NCBI RefSeq assembly: GCF_001194135.2
Contig: NC_068984.1
Coordinates: forward strand, 23,174,822-23,238,821
Length of the DNA: 64,000 nucleotides
From: Octopus bimaculoides
Taxonomy: Eukaryota
Direction of reading: 5' to 3'
Below, piece by piece: positions 25,242 through 37,527 of this stretch. A program made the translations under genes and the position numbers. The notes under the pieces are model-generated. The model did no database searches and was not told the DNA's origin. It saw only the letters and a program-made list of their open reading frames with translations. How positions within the stretch are numbered: position 1 is the first letter of the stretch; every line of letters begins with the position of its first letter.

Positions 25242-26126
25242 ATTTATATAGATAAATATATATAGACGGACAGGCACAGATAAATCGATTGATACATATT
25301 TACTAATATATGTGAATATATATGCATGCTTGTTATGATGTTATGCGTGCGGGCGGGCGAGCGTGTGCGTGTGTGTGCACATATATCTATGATGGCTCAG
25401 AATTGTATGTGTATATATCTCTTATGGTTCAGTGTGTCGCTATCCAATGTTGTTTTTTTCCTTCCTATCTCATCAACTCGACCTGCTAGAAAGAGAAATA
25501 AAATCACAAATCACTTTATTCTCATTTTTAAAAATCGTAAAACAGGACACACTAGATTTATTATGCTTGTCTCTGTTTATATGTAATAAAAGCACGTTTA
25601 CATTTACTGAGCTGGAAGTTGAAGGCTTCTCTCTTTCTTTTTATACTTTAGAACAATTACATTCTTACACTTATTTATATTCAAGATCTTCACAGTCTTA
25701 ACTTCTAAATGTGTCCTCTAAATCTTATTTACTTTTCGCTATAGCAACGGGACCACGTTCCCATGTAACTAAATGGTACCAAAGAGCAACAAGTGAACTC
25801 GGAGATTATGGTTTTGTTTCGCTGCTGGAATCGCGTCTTTTCGTTTTCTAATGTCACCGAAAACTGAATTAATAATTTTCCATCACACTTATTCTGACTC
25901 TACGAATCTGTAACATCGTCGTTGTTTTGTATTTATTTTGTTATGATTTACGCGGATTGATATGTTATGAATCAGGAGGCAGTTGCGCGCCTTTACGCTC
26001 TTTGTTTATATAACCACCGAGGCGACTACGTTACCTGTCCGCGATCGATAGAATAAGAATCAGTAGAGTAATGAAGCTAATGTAATCAGTTATAAGCTTT
26101 CCCAACGTTTGAGGCCTTATACTTAC

Positions 26127-26200
26127 CTAAGAAATCTATATTTTATATGGTACAATAGCGGCCGCTTAGTTTGACAAAGTTTCTTGTCAATCATGAATTT
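26127..26200 (-). other. Candidate non-coding alternative first exon of the SLC34 gene
   Basis: Consensus donor ttcttag|gtaagt at 26126, plus a second donor ggacag|gtaacg at 26034, in a unique CpG-containing region. The 5' limit is a guess. Confidence 0.3.
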
Positions 26201-26419
26201 TCAAAAGTTCTCCGGTAATTTTCTTTCATGTAAATAAATGTCTATGATAATCTAAGAGTTTGCCAGCAAAATCTTATAAAATGACTATGTTCTAAAAGAA
26301 AAAGAAAAACAAAAAAAAACTGATATACTGTTTAATACATCTGCAGATGATGTTTTTTTCTTTTGTTTTGTTTTTTTGTATGTCGTACTGGATTGATATA
26401 ATCATAATCTAGTTTAGAC

Positions 26420-27016
26420 CAGGGGTTTTCAAACTGTGGTCCGCGGACCACAGGGGGTCCGCAAGGATAAGACAGGGGGTCCGTGGACAGCAAATACTTT
26501 TTATGGGCAATTTGATTTAATATATGTTTTTTAATCGAAATCTTTTAATTGACAATAAACCTATTTGTTAAATACTGTTAAATAAATAAATGTAAAAATA
26601 TATGTTATTTTAAGCAAATATTTATGTATAAATTTCACAAGTGGGTACTACTAAAGCAGCGCGGACCCGAACGCGCAGTCGCGCGTCCGCGCTAGCTAGT
26701 CTTGAGTGGTCGATCCTAACCCTAACCCTATCCCTAACCCTAACCCTAACCCTAACCCTAACCCTANNNNNNNNNNNNNNNNNNNNNNNNNNNNNNNNNN
26801 NNNNNNNNNNNNNNNNNNNNNNNNNNNAATACGTGTTTAGGGTAGGGTTAGGGTTAGGAATAGGGTTAGGGTTAGGATCGACCACTCACGACTAGCTAGC
26901 GCGGACGCGCGACTGCGCGTTCGGGTCCGCGCTGCTTTAGTAGTACCTCACAAGTGTCTATAAGGTAAAGCCTGAAATTAAAGGGGTCTGCAAGTCAAAA
27001 AGTTTGAAAACCCCTG
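26420..27016. mobile_element. hAT (Charlie/Buster-type) MITE carrying a nested insertion
   Basis: Perfect 16-bp TIR CAGGGGTTTTCAAACT / AGTTTGAAAACCCCTG. Perfect 8-bp TSD gtttagac (26412-26419 and 27017-27024). Confidence 0.92.
26644..26947. mobile_element. Foldback (MULE-like) element bearing inward telomeric repeats
   Basis: ~105-bp TIRs with 2 mismatches, beginning GGTACTACTAAAGCAGCGCGG. 9-bp TSD tcacaagtg (26635-26643 and 26948-26956). (CCCTAA)n on the left, (TTAGGG)n on the right, N-gap 26767-26827 in the centre. Confidence 0.88.
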
Positions 27017-28007
27017 GTTTAGACAATAAATGCATCTTTTACATTTAAGGTATTTGCAATTACCTTTTTTTTTTTTTTTATTTTGTCTATATATTTTTTA
27101 ATATTTTGTGTACATGCATGTGATTATGCTTATGGGATTTGAATGTGTGTATATGTGCGCGCGCGTTTTTGCTAAAATGTAATTAAACAGTATCCTTCAC
27201 GGAGAATAGTTATCTCAGAGACGTCATCTGCATCGAAAACAACAGGAAAGTTAGAACTATCGTATCTAATGCTGGCAGGGCCTATGAAAGAGTTAGGTGA
27301 GTTCAGCGAGTGCATTAGTCTAGGGTTTGGAAATCTCTGAAAAGTCTCCTTGGATTCATGACAAGAGTAGGATCTCCCATTTCCGAGGGGTAGAAGGAAA
27401 GCAACTTTGTTTCGTCATGCAGTATTTCATTTAGAGACCCCGAGTGCAGGTTGGGAGAGGGGCATAAAAAAAACAGTTAACTAGAAACGAAGGATCACCT
27501 GAAGAATCGCTACTCTTCAGACGGGATGTCCAGCCATGATGAATCTTCAGGTGTTAACGCCTGGGATAATACTATTTCAGGTGAGCTCAGGACAAGGTCA
27601 GAACACTGAAACATCACATCGATGTATCATCATCCACAACAGCAGCGCCATTACCAGCGCCAAAATTAAGGTCATCTTTATAACACCAATACCATCATCA
27701 TTACTACCACATTCATTACCTCCATCACGATCACCACTTCCAACAACAGCATCGGCACGTCGGCACTACTACCACCACACCATCACCATTGACACTTGCT
27801 CCACTAACACTATTACAACCACTAATGACACTGATATCCCTATCACTACCAGCATCGCAACCACCACCACCACCACTACCACCACCATCAAAGGGTGAAT
27901 GAAATCCGAAAAGAAAGGAAAGAAAGAAAATTAGAGTTACGCCCCCTTCGACCGCAGAAATTATAATTAAACTAACTGCTGTAGAATACTTCAACGGAAT
28001 TATATAC

Positions 28008-28147
28008 GACGGGTTTCTTTCAGTTTCCTCTACAGAATTAACTCACAAGGTCTTAAGCTTGTAGTAGAAGACATCTATCCAAGGTATTACACAGTGAGAC
28101 TGAATCCGGTATCATATGGCTGGATAGCAAACTTTTTACCATACAGT
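28008..28147 (-). mobile_element. Degenerate SINE family A head fragment
   Basis: gacgggtttctttcagtttcc...tagtagaagacatctatccaaggt similarity to family A. Confidence 0.6.
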
Positions 28148-28598
28148 ATGTAGTATTGCATGTACTGAATATTTAGTTTAATATTTATCCTCATTTTCCC
28201 CAAAGTAGAATACTTTATAACGTCAATTTATTCCAATTTATCTATGAATAGATGTTGTGCGTATACATATATGTAAATAACAAACATTTCTGTGTACTGT
28301 TTCTTTTCTGAAAAAACATATGACATTTGCTACTATAGATTAGATGAGCATGTTTATAAGAGCTTGCTCCAGCGACGATCGTCCATGTAACATATGAAAC
28401 TTTGAAACCTAAAAGTATTATATGAATATTTATTTTAATACATACACTTATAGCTTATGTTGTTTCTAGTGTATACATTGGAAGCACACTCAGGCACACA
28501 CATAATGAAAATAAATATGTATGCATATATGTATGTGTTTATATATACATACATACATATATACTTGAGATTCATAAATCAACTTCTTTATGTGTTAA

Positions 28599-29181
28599 AG
28601 AAACTTTACTTTCGGATCTTTTTTAAAACGGGGCCACATTTTTCATTAATGTTTTACGTAGTGTTTTTGGTACCGAAAGACTTTCAAACTTCGTATACTT
28701 ATCTATTTTGTGTTATAGAACAGAAAAATATTTTTGTATTCGAATTTATTTCATGTAAAAAATTGTCTTATTTCGATAATTTCAACCAATCACTGACAAG
28801 CATTCAGCTGTTTATATTTACTCCTTTGGCTGATTAAGCGGTGTAAAGCGTATTTAATTTCCATAGCTTCGTTTTGCTTTCTTCTTTTTAAATTTGCTGT
28901 TTTACCCTAACCCTAACCCTATCACCGATAGAATTGTTTCAGAATCGTTTGTTTATGTAGTCGGCACTTAATGTATATCGGCTGAATGGACGTCAGTGAT
29001 TGGTTGAAATTACAGAAATACGACAACTTTAACGTGGAATAACTTAGGGATTTCCTTTTTTTTTTAAGAAGACTAAGAGAAAAAGATGTTTTATATGACA
29101 CATTCTACCAGTGTTCCAAGTTTCAAAGTGTTTCGTTAATGAAAAATGTGACCCCCGTTTTAAAAAAGATCCTTACTTTCT
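28599..29181. mobile_element. MITE with long imperfect TIRs, possibly Kolobok-like (ttaa|AG...CT|ttat), with an internal short CCCTAA run
   Basis: ggatcttttttaaaacggggccacatttttcattaa is mirrored by ttaatgaaaaatgtgacccccgttttaaaaaagatcc, and ttcaaccaatcactgac by gtcagtgattggttgaa. ccctaaccctaaccct lies at ~28905-28920. Confidence 0.7.
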
Positions 29182-29249
29182 TTATTTTAATATTTACATC
29201 ACTTTTGTTTGTGTTCAAAGGTGTTTATCATTATCCCTGATTTCCAATG

Positions 29250-29690
29250 AAAAACATAACGCCACAAAGGAAAACACAACATGTATCCTGGTTCATAGAG
29301 ACCATATCAGATACTCAGGTCTAGTGGAATTAGCGTACAAAGTATGGATAAGAACTACCAACTCGCGTAAGCATCCATACTTGGCATAAAATGTTTATGG
29401 AAACAAGAAGCGTCCTACAGAAAACAGCGGCTGGGCGACCGAGAATACCTGTGGAAGGCGTTGAGCGAATTTGAGTAGCAGCAAATAAACAGTTAAGTCT
29501 ACCACGGTCAAAACGTCACAAGGTTTTGCAGAAGAAACTGAGGTTTTATGCTTTTAAAGTGCAACTTTTTTAAGCACATCAGCCGGATGATAAATTCCAA
29601 AGGAAACGGTTTGGAGTGGACATATTAGCTCCTTATGAGAGATTCATCATGGATGATATTTTTATAGAAAATTCATATAGAAAATTCCCG
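29250..29690 (+). pseudogene. Decayed Tc1/mariner-superfamily transposase, N-terminal HTH region
   Basis: Across frameshifts: WFIET.SD.QV...RTKYG..PTRVSIHTWHKMFMETRSV...GRPR...HKVLQKKLRFYAFKVQL...PDDK. Confidence 0.7.
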
Positions 29691-29889
29691 TAATAGTAGA
29701 TGCCTTGAGAAACATTAATGCTTTAAAAATATGCAAGCAAATATGTAACCAAAACGTCACGCTTTACGTATATATACAACACATAAAAAGTAGCACTACT
29801 ACACATATTACCTATTGTAGAAAACACAAAAATAAACAAAACTCCCCAGATGCGACGAAAGCACGTAATAGAGATATGACTGCCGCAAA

Positions 29890-30062
29890 ATAATAATAAT
29901 GATGATGATGATGATGATGATGATGATAATAATAATAATAATTACGCAAAACACTTTCAATACAGTAACCATAAGAGCATCACAGCAAACCACAGCACAT
30001 ACCCAAGGCAGACAGAGCTGCGCTCGGTAGTGAAGTGAAATCTCGCTATAAAAATAAAACTA

Positions 30063-30110
<48 letters not shown>

Positions 30111-30188
30111 CCTTTCTACTATAAGCACAAGGCCTGAAATTTGGGGGGAGGAAACCCGGCGTGCTAACGATTCTGCTATCTCGCGATC

Positions 30189-30236
<48 letters not shown>

Positions 30237-30237
30237 G
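29890..30237. repeat. (TAA)n/(TGA)n microsatellite cluster enclosing an internally deleted SINE B (~30113-30185)
   Basis: Direct reading of the sequence. Confidence 0.85.
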
Positions 30238-30769
30238 CGGTACCTGCGGAAATTCTGCCCAAATAGGTAGAAAATGCATTTAACGTTCTCACCAGCCGCT
30301 GCTAGGGCGATTTTGGTCTACCGCCTATATGTATTGTGTTTTTAATACAGCATGTCCTTAAGAGATATTATCTCCAAACGAACATCAAGTAAATTTTCTT
30401 TTCGCGATGTATTTACATTAAGTATGATTACACAGATGGCTAATTTACTCATAGTCTAATATTGCTTCTGTTGCATGCAGCGAATTTTACAAATTCTTAT
30501 GCATAAATTTATGGATTCTCATTACATTATTTCGTTATCTTAAATATTTTGTTTATATCTTCCAGTTCATCCCATCGTTAATGTTGTTGGGCTTGTTTCA
30601 TTATGTTAATTATTTCGATTACGTCTTCTATTTTGTTCTTTATTTAAGGTTGAATAGAGCATAACATTCGAACACATATCGTGATCATAATATTATAGAT
30701 TTATGGCCATGAATGCTAGATAGAGTACGATCGGGAATACAAAGAGCCGAAATAGGTTTTTTCTGAAGT

Positions 30770-30985
30770 ATCTCAAGGGTAATGTTACTCGACAGGGTAC
30801 TTAACACGACGATTGGAGTGTCTCTCCAGGTCATAGATCCAGTGCTACGGACATGTAGTTAAGATGCTGCTGGAAAGGATCGCAAGACGGATTCTTTAAG
30901 CCGAGCCAACTGGCAAGAAACCAAGGGGTAGACCAAGAACGAGATGGTTAGATAATATCAATAACTCCAGTTGGTTACGCTAGAA
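30770..30985 (+). mobile_element. RTE-clade LINE C-terminal fragment
   Basis: YGHVVKMLLERIARRIL*AEPTGKKPRGRPRTRWLDNI. Confidence 0.75.
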
Positions 30986-31383
30986 AATCCAACCGGAAAG
31001 TGTAATGACGGTTGCTTCTGATAGGACTGAATGAAAGAGATGTCTCAGGACTCTACCCACAAGAATAGTGGGTGCTCAAAAGGGATGGAGATGGATGCAT
31101 GGATGTCTTTTGGAATTATAAATACTTCATATAAAATAACAAAAAAATCCCTTAGTAAAATGTTTATAGCTGTTAGTCATTTTACGCACTTCTAAACTGG
31201 GAAGGAATAAAATGTAAATGAGATTAATGTGATTAATGTTAAACTTGACTCTTTCCAGGTTATTAGTCGAAGGGAAGACATTAGAATGAAGTTCCGTGGG
31301 CATTTATTCGTTAAGAAAAACTGAGAGCTGACATTTACAAATGTAACCGTCAAACTTCAGGACAGATACCTAGGAAAGTATTT

Positions 31384-33060
31384 CGTCTGATATTGTTGTT
31401 GCTTGCTTGCTTACTTCTTGTTTTATTCTCTTGCTTGTTTCATGCAGGTTAGTGGTCCCAGAGGCATCATTGTGCACAGAGCCGATCAGGTCCTTCAGTG
31501 CTCCCCACACGTGCCAGCCCCTCTGTATCCTCCAAGATGACGTCAAGCCTCGGGAGATCTTCCCCAATCACGTTCAGTCATCTGTGCGGGGTAGTGATGT
31601 CAAAGGGGCTTCCATAGATGGTACATCACCCCAGCGCCCAGACTACACCATTTTTTGTGACTACGGAGTCCAGGTAGATGAAGGAACCGACAAACTTCGC
31701 GACATCGCATCCAATGTGGAAATGGGGAGGGTCCGAGTCATCACCGACATGCATCAGATTGGTTTTCACCCAACTCACCTGAAAGCTAAGTTAAGCTGTT
31801 ATTTTTGGTATTTCGCTGATTCTTCCCTGAGCCGATCCATCGAGTTGTTGAACTCCAGGTCGGCAAGGTATTGGTTCCCGAAGGTAAGTCCAGAGATTTG
31901 GTCATCAGATAATCGATGATACAGATGAAGAGATCGGGGGCGGTCACACAGCCCTGTTTGACACCGCTGTTGATGGGGAATCAGTAGGAGTCTTTCTCGT
32001 TTACCCGCATGCAGTTCTCGGCACTGCTATATAGTTGGAATAGAACGGTAATACTAGGAGATGCGTCGACGAGCCTGATAATTTTTCGAGAGAGATGTAT
32101 GGTCGACCGTGTCGAATGCCACCTTGTGGTCGTCGAAGGCGGTGTAGAGATGGAGATCTTAGTGGAACTCCGAGATCTTTCAATAATGAGACGAAGGGCA
32201 AAAATACAGTCGGTGATAGATCAATTTGGCATGAATCCGGCTTGTTGTGGGCGGCGTCTACTTCTTCTAATGGCAAAAAGAGCACGGCTGAAGGATCCTG
32301 TTAGAGAGCTTGCCTGGGATGGAGAGGAGAGTGATGCCCTTGTGGTTGCTGCAGATGAGTTTGTCGCCTTGGCTGAAGAGGAGAAGGTAGATTTGGCGCC
32401 CGTCAGGATGATCAGGATGTGGGATGGTATTTGTCCTAAAACCTGTTGGAGCTGGTCATAGTTGTCGTCCTTGACTGTGTTCTCTGCGACGTCTGTATGG
32501 GCATAGGCAATGATGTAGGTGGGGAAAACGAGTGGAGAGCAAATGGTCGCTCACCAGGTTCCAGCATAGCCAGTGTCACGCTTCAGATGCCCGTCCGGTC
32601 TTCGAGGCCACTCCAGTTGAGGCAACAGTCTCTCACAATGAATTCACCTCTGCCAAGCCAGGGTACGCCGCAGAGTCTTGCCAGGGTGATGTTGTAATGG
32701 GGTAGCTCTCAGGATAGTAGAGTGGCTGTCGCAGGGCGAAGGAACGACAGGACATTCCGTGTGGCAACTGGATTGTTTTGCGTAAATTGATTTCTCGTTG
32801 CTCGTGAGCATTCAGGGATCCGTTTCGATGTTGGGCAGTCTGATTTCTTCTGGTCAGTGTCGTAACAGGTTGAGGGTTCATCTGGGCGAGTTGTTGGTCA
32901 TAGTTACTCTGGAACCTCCCCGGGAGACCGGCCTGCTTAGGGTGGTCCTACCAGGAGCAAAGATCCAGACACTAACGCTCTCTCTCGGATCTGCAGAACA
33001 CGCAATCTCCCTCGCCTCGACAAGGCCAGCCGCCGGAGGGGGTCTGGCCTTCTGCATCCT
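31384..33060 (-). mobile_element. Internally deleted RTE-clade LINE (APE endonuclease and RT remnants, tandem GCAA-type tail)
   Basis: Minus strand reads ATRNVLSF... and IIAYAHTD...KDDNYDQLQQVLGQIP (EN), then KGDKLICSNHKGITLLSIPGK, QQAGF, AFDTVDH, SGVKQGCVTAPDLF and LADLEF (RT), ending in an aagcaagcaagcaacaac tail. Confidence 0.88.
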
Positions 33061-34099
33061 AATTTTTCGTAAGATGGTGAGTTGCAGTTTGAAGGAGATT
33101 CAGCTGCTATTTCTAGTAAGTTGAGTGACCACGTAGAAGTTCCCTCATTGGTTCGTTTGTTGTTGTTGTTTTTTAACCCAAATAATCTTTGATCGAATAG
33201 GCCTATGACCAAGGGCGTTACAGTTAGGATCATCCTATCTTTTTTAGAGGATCTCTTTTTCATGGCGATAGGGTGTCATTTGAGAAAGATTTGGCTGTCG
33301 TTTCTAGCGACTTGAGCAACCACATAGGGGACCCTTTTTGGTATTTTAGCTACGATTTTTGTTATTTACCAGTTTGGCATTCTTTAACTTTATTGTTGTT
33401 TTGTATATCATATGAAACATTGCTTTCAAATAAACGAGCGTTTCAGGAGATTCATTTTTGGCATACCTTGCTACTGTCAACAATGCACTGTGTCGTAGTG
33501 TGGTCAAGCGATCTGTTAAAAACAACAATGAAATCTCCCTCAAATTACACCTTACCTTCCTAGAAAGTACACTATGCTTACAAAAACAAAAGAAAATATG
33601 TGTGATGGTCATTGCTAAAATATTTGTTCCATCAGTGCCTGTTGATATCAGCACACAATTAAACTGTAATTGTGTATGTGTATCTACAAATAGCATGAGA
33701 ATATGTCTATTGTAACAATGAAGAGAGGGAGAGAGAGTCAGAGTTAAAGAGTGAGAGACGGCGAGAATGCAAACAGAGAGAGGGAGATAGAGACGGTGAG
33801 ATTGTAAACAGAAGAAAATGTGTGTGTGTGAGCGTGAGTGTATGTGCGCGCGTGCATGTGTGCGTACATGTGACCGTGTGTGTGTGCGTGCGTGCGTGCG
33901 TGCGCGTGTTCTATATCACAATGTATATGTCAGCGCCAAAGCGGTAGTCCAAAAGAAAATAAAAGGAAAATAAAGAACAGCCCTGGTTATCTATAATAGT
34001 AAGATCGCAATTGAAGTTATGGATGTTATATACTCTCTCTTCTCAGAGTTCACCAGAATGACAGCTTACCTTGAGTCAAGAAGAATGCTTGAATGCTTT

Positions 34100-35270
34100 C
34101 ATTACGATACACAGAAACTATTCAGGGCTGGATTTCGTAGACGCAGGACTCCTGTTACAGTAAAAGAGCAGATGTGACTCAGTCGTATGTAGACAGCAAC
34201 GACCCAAGATGCTTTGATAGCGGATAAGGCTCTCGGGGTTCTGTTTATTTCTGCTGCTGAGTGCAAAAAGATTAGCAGTGTCGATGGCCAAGGAGCTAAT
34301 CTTTAAAAGATGAGTGGAAATGATCTTTTGTACATCATATCTACAGTGTCTTGAACTGCGCTTCCGCAATAAATGTGACAGCTATAGTACGTTTTCCACA
34401 AGCAGGGATCAATATATTATTGCTCTTCCTACAGAAGGTGAAATCAGGACAGTCTTAGGTACTCTATCCAGCAGCAAGGACCCTGGATTTAGTACATATC
34501 TAACCAATATCTACAAAATTGGATGTCTTTGCCTTATTCCAAGTTTCACCTGAGATCAGAGTGACCCCAATAGGGCACTTTCGCAAGAAAGAGTACTGTA
34601 ACGACTACCGGAACATAATCACTGTTGTCAATCTCTGAAAATATTCTCACTCAAGTAACACTGAATCGCTGATTGACCACCTTCATAAAAGCTTCTAGAG
34701 AGCTAGTGCAGTTTTCAAGAGGATCGCAGTACAATTGACACTGGATTAACCATTGAGCAAAATAACTACGTGTTTAAGGCATCAAGGGAAGTGCAGAAAT
34801 GGTAAACGGCACCACAGAAATGGTAAATCTATAGAAGGCTTTAGAATTTATTTTTCGATTTTTTACTGCCCTGGTTTCTTTTTCTACCTTCGCCTTTTCA
34901 TGGGAGTGTTTTGAGTTCACTTCCAATCTCAAGCAGTGTTTGAGGGAGGATTCTTCATTATCCTTCGGTGGCCCATTTAGATGATTTGAGATCTTTGCCC
35001 GTCGTCTCATTGGAATCTTCTTATTCCTGAAAATTATGTTTTTCTGTCGGTTTGACATTTTCTCTAGAGCCAACTTACTGCATATGTCATGCATGATTAT
35101 CATAAAGTGCTGTAGCTTTATGTCAATATCCTGCGTCGAGAGATTGGTTTGCCAGTTTTGTTCCATGATCTCTTTCCGCAAATCTTTCCAGTCAGCTTTA
35201 TGGAAGTTCAGGATGAAAAAGCGTCGGGTGCTTCTAGTAACCAGCATATCTTTAGTTTTCTGCGGATGTT
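34100..35270 (-). mobile_element. Decayed CR1/L2-like LINE ORF2 remnant
   Basis: LNFHKADWKDLR...WQ...K..I..NSKAFYRF linker signature between EN and RT; the downstream part is degenerate. Confidence 0.7.
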
Positions 35271-36030
35271 GCTAGTTCTATTAAGTTATCATCCGAGAAA
35301 ATGGTCGGTGCTACATTAACATGACGGATGCGCACTGCATTATTCGTGAATCAGGGTTCCAGAACACTTTAACTCGTATTGTATGGAGCACTGGTTATTC
35401 TATGAATAACATGTTTGTAAGATCAAGCCGAGACTCTACTTGCCTCTGTTCATGCAGTGACATACCTAGGAGATATATGTATAATTTCTATTTGAAATAT
35501 ATAAGCAATAAGACTTGTGACTACATTCACAGTAATTAAATGTTTGAATTATACAAATCAAATATACCTCCTGACATTCATGTGTTTTTATTCACACTCG
35601 CGCGCACACACACATTCATTAATTGTTATAATCACGTTTTCTTGATACTAAATATCTTTGTTCTAATGAAATCTGTTATTATATAGCACACACCCATATT
35701 TATTAAGCACTTACTCACAGTCGTTATTATATATACATAAAAATGTATATGTTTATACACATACACACACACACATATGATGGTAGTCTCTTGTAGTCTG
35801 AGAAAGAAGGTTCTGCAATTCCTTGGTGAAGACGTTGCACAAATGATTTTGTTTAAAGAGATCAAATGTATGATGCATGTAGTGTAGAGTAGCTCACTTC
35901 CTCCACCAAATTGACGTTGTCTGAACAGATATCAAAGTGATCGCTGAGAAACATGAGACGAAGTGTCCTGCTGAAGAGCACAAAGCAGCACGCGATCCAC
36001 GAATAGAAATCGCAATCTCATGATGTGCTC

Positions 36031-36070
<40 letters not shown>

Positions 36071-36123
36071 TATACACACACATGCACACATACGCGTGTG
36101 TGGGGGTGTATAAATACATGTAT

Positions 36124-36245
36124 ACTCTTTTACTCTTTTACTCTTTTACTTGTTTCAGTCTTTTAACTGCGGCCATGCTGGAGCACCGCCTTTAGTCGAG
36201 CAAATCGACCCCAGGGCTTATTCTTTAGAAGCCTAGTACTTATTC
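36124..36245 (-). mobile_element. SINE family A tail running into an N-gap
   Basis: tactcttttacttgtttcagtc...cggccatgctggagcaccgcctttagtcgagc. Confidence 0.8.
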
Positions 36246-37131
36246 NNNNNNNNNNNNNNNNNNNNNNNNNNNNNNNNNNNNNNNNNNNNNNNNNNNNNNN
36301 NNNNNNNNNNNNNNNNNNNNNNNNNNNNNNNNNNNNNNNNNNNNNNNNNNNNNNNNNNNNNNNNNNNNNNNNNNNNNNNNNNNNNNNNNNNNNNNNNNNN
36401 NNNNNNNNNNNNNNNNNNNNNNNNNNNNNNNNNNNNNNNNNNNNNNNNNNNNNNNNNNNNNNNNNNNNNNNNNNNNNNNNNNNNNNNNNNNNNNNNNNNN
36501 NNNNNNNNNNNNNNNNNNNNNNNNNNNNNNNNNNNNNNNNNNNNNNNNNNNNNNNNNNNNNNNNNNNNNNNNNNNNNNNNNNNNNNNNNNNNNNNNNNNN
36601 NNNNNNNNNNNNNNNNNNNNNNNNNNNNNNNNNNNNNNNNNNNNNNNNNNNNNNNNNNNNNNNNNNNNNNNNNNNNNNNNNNNNNNNNNNNNNNNNNNNN
36701 NNNNNNNNNNNNNNNNNNNNNNNNNNNNNNNNNNNNNNNNNNNNNNNNNNNNNNNNNNNNNNNNNNNNNNNNNNNNNNNNNNNNNNNNNNNNNNNNNNNN
36801 NNNNNNNNNNNNNNNNNNNNNNNNNNNNNNNNNNNNNNNNNNNNNNNNNNNNNNNNNNNNNNNNNNNNNNNNNNNNNNNNNNNNNNNNNNNNNNNNNNNN
36901 NNNNNNNNNNNNNNNNNNNNNNNNNNNNNNNNNNNNNNNNNNNNNNNNNNNNNNNNNNNNNNNNNNNNNNNNNNNNNNNNNNNNNNNNNNNNNNNNNNNN
37001 NNNNNNNNNNNNNNNNNNNNNNNNNNNNNNNNNNNNNNNNNNNNNNNNNNNNNNNNNNNNNNNNNNNNNNNNNNNNNNNNNNNNNNNNNNNNNNNNNNNN
37101 NNNNNNNNNNNNNNNNNNNNNNNNNNNAGGG

Positions 37132-37179
<48 letters not shown>

Positions 37180-37527
37180 AACATTTTATCAACATTGGTG
37201 TGATCAGAAGTTCAGTTTTGATGCCACTTGACTTTCGCATCCTGTGATTTCCACGCTTGCACGTCAAGTTTCACTTGCTCTGTCGCACGGAAACCACATT
37301 CCCGGGCAGCAAGCTACGAAGAACTTCCTTCAGCTTCCCTTTCGTTGTGTTACACACTTTATATACAGCATTCACCTTATTCTGGACCTTCTCGTGTACT
37401 GTCGCATTTACACAAAAATTATCCCGAACTATGTACGTTTAACTTTGTATTACAGCACAAACTGTTTGTTATTTCTTTTTCAAAGAATGTTATTCACAAA
37501 CATTGTTCCTATTCTTTTTTCTTCTTT

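Noticed and set aside
26644-26947. Telomere-telomere fusion scar or true chromosome end
   Set aside because: The polarity is CCCTAA then TTAGGG rather than TTAGGG then CCCTAA, and the arrays sit inside TIRs with a TSD within another transposon.
27536-27994. Thr/His-rich 120-aa ORF and its antisense partner
   Set aside because: Degenerate (CAC/CAT/ACC)n trinucleotide low-complexity tract.
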